Source: Phoronis australis (taxonomy: Eukaryota; Animalia; Phoronida). Taken from it: a DNA stretch of 64,000 nt. The stretch covers positions 1,801,992 to 1,865,991 of the forward strand of contig NMRA01000012.1 in NCBI GenBank assembly GCA_002633005.1, read 5' to 3'. Positions within the stretch are counted from its first letter, which is position 1. Every line of letters starts with the position of its first letter. Made by a program: the position numbers and the translations under genes. The notes beneath the pieces were generated by a model. The model saw nothing but the letters and a program-made list of their open reading frames with translations, searched no databases and had not been told where the DNA came from. Shown one piece after another: positions 55,401 to 64,000 of the stretch.

Positions 55401-58400
55401 GGCTCACTATTATAGTCTTTTTGTGACTGGAGGTTTAGTTTCCAACTCAAGCTGGTTTATGTTCATGCCAGTCCCGGCGGCCGCGATGGGCCTGATCGGG
55501 TGCAAGCCACTGACCGGGATAACGAATCAGTCCGGCCGCGACAGGCCTGATCGGGTTCCAAGCCAAGCCACTTGCCAGGATAACAAGCGTTTTGTGTGTT
55601 TAGAACTCAAAGTCACAAGTCTAAACAACACAGATCTAGGTTCTCCTGTCTGTATTTCACGGAAGAATACTTTGAATTTATCTCCGAACAGACCCCAAAC
55701 TCCTGCTACCGACCTTGGTAAATTGGCCTGCCGAACTTTGTAAGATACGGTGTGTCCAAATACCAATAAATCCGTAACAGCGAAATAAAACAACACGTTT
55801 TTACAAGAACTTGGTGTATTTTTAAGGGTTTTGTATCGAAGTTTGATCATTTATTGGTGTTAAACGGTGAATTCAAGCGATAAGCTGACACCAGTAACCC
55901 GTGTTGTGAACTGCTGAACAGACTGCGCGTGAAACCAATGACGTCAATGGATAATTTCAACACCTCCATCTGCCGTCAGGTGTCAGGTAACGCAACCGAA
56001 CGTGTCGTTATTCAGTAGAACTACTCGATCTAAATTGATACAAGTAGGTTGTTTTTTGGGTGGCATTCTCCTTTAATGATATATTTTCCACTTGTAACAC
56101 CCTGAGATTACTTTTGGGTACTAAAAAGGTGAAATGTGTTCTTTTCCTCACACACACCCATGGCTTACAATCACCAATTCTTAGTAGCAAACAAAATGTG
56201 CCATCAAGACATTGACGCTTAGATTAACAGACAGACTGTACTGTACTGTTGACACCTACAGTACAAGACAAAAAGTAGTCGAACAAATATTGTTTCCCCG
56301 TCACGATGGCTATTTCTGTTTACAGAAAAAAATGACTGGTAGTAATTATTAGGACAGCAAAATTCTAATTAAAGAATGACTTAGCCACCTTTACTAACTT
56401 CCCTCTTGATTACCTTCCATTCTTGTCCATTAGGGAACACTGCTCCGACGATGAATTCTGCTTCCACCCGGCCGTCATAATGGCGAATTATTGATCATTT
56501 TGTCTGAATACTTTTTTGCTGGTACTGTATCTCTATTTTAAGGTACACTGGGTTGTACAAAAAGTTTAATCATTTTATTTGACCATTTGAACCTAGGGAA
56601 AGACATTACCTCGACGTCAGATTCCTCCTTCTTTTTCTTGGCCTTCTTAGGTTTAGTATCCTCATCTCCGCTTGACTCTGAGCTCGAGATGAACTCTTTA
56701 CTCTTAAAGTCACCCCCCGAGCCTGGCTTGGACTTAGAAAGGGTCTCTGCACTGCTTGGGGCCTTCTTTTTCTTGGCTTTTTTTGGACTGTAAATACACC
56801 AACACTTAGCTACGGTAATCCTTCTAGATTACAACCACTCTAACTTTACGACCACCAAAAATTATTCACCATTTTTCTCTCTAGAAAGTACGTCCAGGGA
56901 AGATTGGCACCTCCAACCTTTCCGCAAACCAAAGTTGGTTGGGTATGGGCACCCTGATTAAATTTTCCAGTGATTATTATTAAACAATGCAAGGACACCT
57001 GTCTAGTCTTTGAAGATATTTACACCTGAATCAGTATAAAGTATGAAAAATTTGGTGTAAGTTGAATTTTATCCATCTCCTTCGCCAAACTTGGGTCGAG
57101 CAACTTAAAACAATATCAGTTCGGTGCCCATTTTCAACTGAGAGTAACGTCTATTTGTCGATAAGTGTGAAGGTAAATAATGTGAAGAAAGTTAAGACAC
57201 TATAAATGTCTAGTAGAGTAGTTTGGCAGCAGTTCTTCCCATGCATTTAACGAAGTTTCTTTAAAAATATGCAAATTACATAAATTTTCCGAGTAAACAA
57301 TTTTTGAGCAAAACCTTTCCTTCTAATAAGTTACTTCCCATTTTCCAACAGCTTTAATGCGACAAAAAAATAGAATTAGATAGTACATTTTATTTATTTA
57401 CTTTATTGCATAGTGTGTTTGCAATAAGCCGGAGACAATGTGTTTGACCAGCATACGAGAAAGCAATCAGCTAACTTGAAATAACACTAAGCTTTTCCCA
57501 GAGTGAATGCACAGCAGCTTAGTTCACACTGAGGTCTCAATTGCTATCGTACATACACATTAGCTCAAATATCACTAAACTCTTACACGCTTGCATGAGG
57601 TGAAAAGTAAATATTGTGACTGATATCTACGCCTATGTCAAAAAAAACAAAACAGAATAGGTCCAAACACACTACTCGTGAAACCATTTACCTTAACTGA
57701 GCCACTCACTTCTGTGTGCAAAAACAGTTACCATAACAACCGTGTTACCCAACCCCTTCATAAGTGAACTTGACCTCTGACCCTGACCCCCACTAACCTG
57801 TCCGTGTCACTTGTCTCTTTCAAGTTAGCCTTGTACTCCTTCATGGCCACATCATAATCTTGTTTAGCTTTGGCAAACATGGCTTCGTATTTCTGGAAGT
57901 AATCGAGGAGTATGTAAGTGCCAATCAGTGGCCTCAAGGCACAATCACACCACTGTTATTACCATTCATCATTTTACAGATAAAAGCAGATGTCGCATAT
58001 GCAATGAATTGTTGGAAATTGTTTCTACAGAGCAAACAAAACAGTCACCAGGTCATATAACTTATAGATCACTACTCGTATGCATCAATTTCTGTGTACT
58101 TGATAAAAGGTCAATCTGTCTGCTTCAAGGCAGAAGCCAATCCAATTATCAAAAAATCAGAGTACAACCGTTTGTGCTTGTGAACATTCTCCACAAACAT
58201 TCTCCACTCATCAACTCACTGCTTTTCCATCAAAGGTCTTCCACTGTTCACCCGCAATCTTGCTGACCTCAGTGACAGAGATACCAGGATTTTCCTTCTT
58301 GATTCGCTCACGATTATCATTCAACCACAGCATGTAGCCAGTCATTGGCCGTTTGGGCATGTTGGGATCCTTCTTAGCTTTCTTTTTCCTTGAACTTTCC

Positions 58401-59866
58401 TTCTTCGGAGCTCTCTCCCGCTGTCCAATAGTAGACAAAGTTTTCATTAATTCATGCCACTGACAAAATTTGACATGTTCCCTCCAGAATGACACCTGAC
58501 AACAGATCACTAAATCACTAGTATATTTACAGCTAGGTGATAACATGTTGAGAAGACAATGATAAAAGATTTAATTGCATCTCTATTTGTAAAGAATGAT
58601 CTCATAACCTGTGCAAAAAGTATGCAGTTGTAAAAATGCATGATATTTTAAGGACAATAAGTCGAACAGTAGCAAATATACACCTGGGGTTATTAATAAT
58701 TGTATTCTGTTGATTATGAATCTGAAATATGGAGGAATACTGAAGACGAGTGATTGTTCCTTAAAGGAATATAGTTTGAGATTGATTTAAGTTTTGCTGT
58801 CCATTTCCCCTAAAACTGGGGAAAGTTTTGCTGTTAGCCAAACATATTTCATACACATATATGCCCTAAGTGTACATTTAGAAAATCTCCTTTTTACATC
58901 CACAAGGCACAGATGCAGCTGGACTTATCAACAGAAACCTCCAGATTAGAGCGTTTGAGGACTTAACCCTTGTTTAAATACCCCCAAACATATCTGATAT
59001 TCTAGACTCAGTTAAAATCTATTCACAGCATCGAGAACACACCACAGTTTTTGTCTTGTGTTCTTTCTTCTTCTTCTTCTTCTCGCCAGCCTCGTCATCC
59101 CCGCCGCCTTCACCTTCCTCGCCAGATTCATCGGACGAGTAGTTCCCAGCTTCACTGTCATACTCTTCGGCTACATCACTGCCGCTCTCGGCCGGCTTGA
59201 AATCCTCGTCAGCTTTTTGGGGAGAAAGTATTCCATAACTGATATTGCAATTATTATTATTCAAATTAAATAATGATCAAGAAAAACCATACAACAAAAT
59301 ACTCAATTTACACACAAATATGGCACAATCTCACCTGTTTTGGATCAAAACAATTAAATTATTAAACTCAATCTTTTCTCTGATTTTCCAGAAAGGCTTT
59401 TGAGGTTGTTGTGAACGCCCAGACATTTGTAAAACTTTGTCTGACAATAGCTATGGTATAGAGTTTCAACATAGTAAAGCATTTCATTGGTGCAAATCAT
59501 ATTTTAGAAAAAAATACAAAACCAAATATCACTGTCCATCCAAATTGTATCCTAAGTTTATGAGAGTTTACCACACAATTAACATAGCAAAACAACAACA
59601 CAACAAAACCCATGAACAGTGACCACTATGCTCCTCGGATAGCCTGTTAAATTCCAGAGCTAAACCACAAAACACTCGCCTTTCTCTTACACGATTTTTC
59701 AAAATATTGCCAAATCTTGTTGTTTTTCTCGCAACTCACCTGATTCATCCTCATCTTCGTCATCATCTTCATCGCGTTCCTTGCCCTCTTGCTTCATCCG
59801 CTCCAGGTACGCGTCATGAGTCTCATCGTCATCCGAGTCAACCATATCGTCGTACTTCGGCTGGTC
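52474..59866 (-). CDS. SSRP1: FACT complex subunit SSRP1, C-terminal part (acidic region, HMG box, tail); upstream exons not found in the window
   Basis: Exons 59740-59866, 59043-59212, 58220-58420, 57798-57892, 56610-56787, 53261-53347, 52474-52566 (TAG), phase-consistent. Motifs HDAYLERMKQEG, DEDFKP..SGSDVAEEYDS, KDPNMPKRPMTGYMLWLNDNRERIKKENPGISVTEVSKIAGEQWK and FKSKEFISS. Confidence 0.95.
54432..56072 (+). mobile_element. Non-autonomous Kolobok-type element with a THAP domain, in an SSRP1 intron
   Basis: TTAA at 54428-54431 and 56073-56076; perfect 12-bp TIR AGGAGAATGCCA; THAP ORF 54559-54855 (CIVPAC..SFFRLP..LRKWL..VCDRHF). Confidence 0.8.
55478..55584. repeat. Imperfect two-copy GC-rich ~55-bp tandem repeat inside the Kolobok element
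   Basis: CGGCCGCGA..GGCCTGATCGGGT..CAAGCCACT..CC.GGATAAC occurs twice. Confidence 0.7.
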
Positions 59867-61975
59867 CTGCAAGAATACAGGCAAAAAAACTGTGGTTAAA
59901 AACGCTACTGTCAACGACACCTTGAAAACAGGGTGGAACACAAACAAGAACACAGTGCGTCTAGAAACATGTCGAGGGACGAGCTTATGCTGAGGTCAGT
60001 TGACAAAAAATCTTTGAAACAAAATTAAGTATTATCTTATGATAGTCATTTATTTTAAATTTAATTTTAATAAATAATTAACATGATCAAAAATGTGTTA
60101 ACAGTGGTCATTTAACTTGTAGTTACTTATCAACCGATGCTTGAGGATGGTGAAGATAATTGTAACAGTTTAGAACACAGGTAGTTTTCAAATAAAAGTT
60201 GACAGCAGTTCTTTTTGCCAAAAGTAACTAAAATTTCAAAGCAAAAAATTCACAAATTTCTCAAATGATGTTGTGCCATTTTTCATCAGCTTTCCTTCAG
60301 TTTTCAGCATAACTTTGACAAAAATCACCAACTTCTTCCGAAAACTACAGTGAGTGATAACGAGGCAAGAATTTAGTGAAGCTGATCAAGGCTAAGCACA
60401 AGAGCAAAATGCAAACTCCAATGAAACAGAGATGAAAGTGACCTCTGTGGGACACTGCACTCACTAGTCAAGGTTTTGAATGTTTAATGGTAAGGTGTTT
60501 TTCATATTGCTAGTCTCATGCATGATTATTCGGACCTGATTACATACCAGCTGCTTACATAGAATCATTTCCAAATTGACTAGTTCTGTTTTAATAACAT
60601 TCTGACATAATAATAATAATGATGATGATGTAGTGAAGTACTTGCGATACTCAACTGTTTATGTACAATAAAAATTGCATGCTTGTTTATATAAACAGTT
60701 TTGTATTTTTTAACAAACTTTTGCAAACCAATGTCAGAAGCTCATTCCAAACTTACAGTTAAAAACAAATACAGTGATTCTTCAACAATTCAACAAACAA
60801 TATGGTGGAAAAAGAAATTATATTCCCAGTCAAAAACAAAGACTGAGAAAATTTGGGCAAATTCTTAGCTAGATTAGAATCTTGGCAATTAATTCTGTAG
60901 TATAAAATAGTGGAAATTTAACACTGATATCACATTCATAACCTAAGCCAAGACATTAAATAGAAACTTTAATAAACCACTGCAACCAGAGAAGACGACA
61001 ACAAAGTGATGAAGCTGGTCAAAAGCAATGCATAGGTTACACAACTGATTCGAGATGGGAAGGGCATTGTGTTAAGAAGTTATAGGATTATGTTAGAAGT
61101 ATGGTACACATTTTAATATACTGGGAGTTGGTTCTTTAACATATCGTCAAACAAGAGCAGTTCAGAGCGTTAAAATGGGACAACGACTGCACTGCAAATG
61201 GTGTGCTTCTAGGGGTGTTTATTCATATCATTAGATGGCACAGAATACATCAAACCCATCCAAAAATGATGAAGGTATTGTCCTCTCTCAAAACTATTGG
61301 CCAAATTTTCATGAAAATCCATCAAAGAACTCCAAAGATATGCAAAAAATAAAATTGCCACTAGGGGCTGCCAGATTAGTTGAACACGTACGAAAATCAA
61401 TGTAAGCCTCGGTTTTCTCATCAGAAACACATCTTCAAATTAATATATTAATGATCGTTCAAGCAATTTGGTGGATGAAGTGGGTGACGTCAAAAACCTA
61501 CTCAAAAATTTTTAAAATGGCTCCCAAGTGGTGCAAAATAAAATCCTCCCAAACTTTCATACAAAATCTGCCAAGGAGTTTCAAGGACAATTAAAAATAA
61601 ACAAAATTGCCACAAGGGAGCACAGCAATAGTCCAAAGCGTCCTAATGTTGCCGTTGTTAACTTCATATAAATACACTTGCCAAATTTATTAAAGATCCT
61701 GCAGAGGGTTTAGGAGACACAGTCATGAGCACAAAAGAAACAAAACTGCCACTAGGTGTCGCCATAGTAGTGGAAGTCATCGAAACATCGTCAGCCATCC
61801 TCTTCACAGTAGGAACATATAAGCTAATTTTCAAAATCTTCCAGACTGGTTTGGTTGATAGAGGGGCGTTTGCCAAATAAGACTAGAAAGCAGGAGAATG
61901 GCCACTAGGTGTCGCAACATGCCCCAAATCCTTCCGAAAACCGTAGGGTAGTGTCATCTCACTACTAGATACCTA

Positions 61976-63961
61976 GGGGAAAGTTACTGGTTCCGTACCA
62001 GTTATCATTATCGTACCACGTATTTTCCCGCCAAACTACGTATGCATGGCAACCAAAAGAGTGATTACTTTTAGCGATCTCAAACGGCGACAACAGAAAA
62101 CCAAGCAAAATGTCGAGCAGACAACCCGGTGAAAAACTGTGAGCATTTTCCACTTTTTTGACATGTTGATGTAAATTTTAGCTCCCATGAATAGTGTGAT
62201 AAGACAACATCAAGTATAGCAAATGAATGAACCGATGTGCCATCTGATAGCTTATTCTCATCTCTTTGTATGGTGTAATTTCTGGTTGCCAAATCGCATG
62301 CCAAATATTTTCAGCCCACGTGTTTGAAAATAGGTCAGTGTCACGAGTGTCGTACCACTACAGGTCACGGGTATGGTACCCGTGGTACGATACATGTAAC
62401 CAAGAGGTACGATACACAAAACGTGATACGAGTAGGTAATGTGTTGTTTTTCTTGCGTTTTAGTACTATTTTTTTACTTTCAGGAAAATGCCATCGCCGT
62501 CGTCATGGACAATGGAGGATATGCAGAACTGTCTCAAAGCTATAGATGAAGGATTGTGATTTAACGCTGCTTCTAAGCTATTTGGTATCCCAAAGCCCAC
62601 TATTCGCCGTCACCCCATGGGTCTGAATAAGTACGCAAAACACACAAAGTTACGCGGAGGCCCAAAAGTTTTGCCTACAGAAATAGAAGCTGATTTGGTA
62701 GAACACATAAAAGGTCTTGACAATCTTTTTTTGGTATCACGCCAAAAACTCTTATGAAACTTGCATATCAATTGGCAAAATCCCATGGCATCCATAAATT
62801 TAGCGAAACAAGACAGTCTGTCAATAAAACCTGGTACTACAGCTTTATGAGACGACATCCAGAACTCAGTCTGCGCACCCCAGAAGCTACATCTACTGGT
62901 CGCATGAAAGGTTTCAGCCGCCGAGCTGTTTCAGATTTCTTCGATAAATATTACGAGCTAATTGAATTACACGGATTTACTGCTGACAGAGTGTTTAATA
63001 TGGATGAAACTGGACATTCTACCGCGCAAAGGCCATCGAAAGTGATCTCAACGAAAGGGAGCAGCAACAACCACTGAACGAGGAACAAATACTACAGGTG
63101 TCCAATGTCATTCTGCCATTGGCCAATACATCCCCCCGATGCTCATCTTCAAGAGGAAAAGACTGTGTGATACCTTGAAAGTTGATGCACCCACTGGTAC
63201 TATTTTTGCCTGCACTAATTCAGGATGGATTGACTCTATAGTTTTCATTGAATAGCTTCGTCATTTTATCCGATCAGTGAATGCATCAGTTGAAAACAAA
63301 GTCCTTCTACTCAATGGACATGCATCCCACACAAAAAACCTTGACGCCATTAAGCTAGCACAAGAAAATGGTGTTTTCATTCTCTCCTTCCCCAGTCACA
63401 CAACGCACAGGCTCCAACCCTTAGATGTTAGCTTTTTTAAGTCATAATTGTGATTCCGATGGAGACTCTGATTAACCTACATAAACCCGGCAATTTAAGT
63501 TTGTTACATAAGTATAGTTGACTGGTCCATTTTGTTGTCTTTAAGTGTTGGTTTGTTCGCACATATTTATAAAGACGACTGTTAGCATTAGAGTCATAGG
63601 GAAACGCTGTTTCTTGTAATATGTTTCTATGTGGCCAATAAAAGGTTTGACTTTTTTGCACTGTCTCTTTGTTTATCTTTGCTTGGTGAAATACACGTAG
63701 TTATTAGTATAGTACCACTGGTACGATTCTGATGTCCGACAGGTACGAATTACAAAACCGGTCATGTGAATCGTACTTTTATTGACTTTTCAACAACCGT
63801 GTTTTGCAGCTAAAACATAATCATTATTCTTCTAAATCACATGTGCGGTTATACATGTGAAGCCACTTAAGGCTATGACATAGCTCCCGATTCCGTGGCT
63901 AGTTCAGCGTGGCGTACAGAGGGGTGCATCCTTAAGTGGTACGAAACCAGTAACTTACCCC
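61976..63961 (+). mobile_element. pogo/Tigger-type (Tc1/mariner superfamily) DNA transposon with a decayed, 3'-deleted transposase
   Basis: TA-flanked 25-bp TIRs GGGGAAAGTTACTGGTTCCGTACCA / revcomp GGGGTAAGTTACTGGTTTCGTACCA. Confidence 0.9.
62488..63440 (+). pseudogene. pogo-like transposase pseudogene (psq-HTH, CENP-B HTH, DDE_1)
   Basis: WTMEDMQNCLKAI..AASKLFGIPKPTIRRH; WYYSFMRRHPELSLRTPEATS; VFNMDETG; IPPMLIFKRK; SGWID; GHASH; PSHTTHRLQPLDVSFF; several stops and frameshifts. Confidence 0.9.
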
Positions 63962-64000
63962 TATTTGTCAAATTTTATGAAATTCCATACAGTACCTTTG

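Noticed and set aside
54890-55850. 178-aa, 126-aa and 107-aa ORFs
   Set aside because: They lie inside a non-autonomous transposon and show no recognisable domain; probably spurious.

Overview
Intron-rich, AT-rich animal genomic DNA, probably from a marine invertebrate (inference), in a draft assembly with N gaps. Host genes were reconstructed by hand from GT-AG splice sites with consistent reading phases: (1) the 3' part of an SLC13/Indy-type Na+/carboxylate-sulfate cotransporter (+, <1-8619); (2) a mosaic protein of about 1,370 codons, 7xSRCR-CUB-PAN-PAN-(fibrinogen-like/unassigned domain)-EGF-PAN (+, ~16304-36158); (3) an orphan single-pass membrane protein (-, 40407-41015); (4) a divergent Rab-like GTPase with altered G2/G4/G5 motifs (+, 48678-51281); (5) the 3' part of SSRP1 (-, 52474->59866). 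Mobile DNA is abundant and diverse: two Kolobok-type TTAA elements (one with convergent THAP and KolX/P2X7-tail-like genes that share a 25-bp upstream motif), an ISL2EU/Harbinger-like THAP transposase, a pogo/Tigger element, IS3EU-like MITEs with 6-bp TSDs, hAT5-like MITEs with 5-bp TSDs, and a Gypsy fragment with a 112-bp LTR and a tRNA-Leu PBS. No database searches were run, so family calls rest on recognised motifs.
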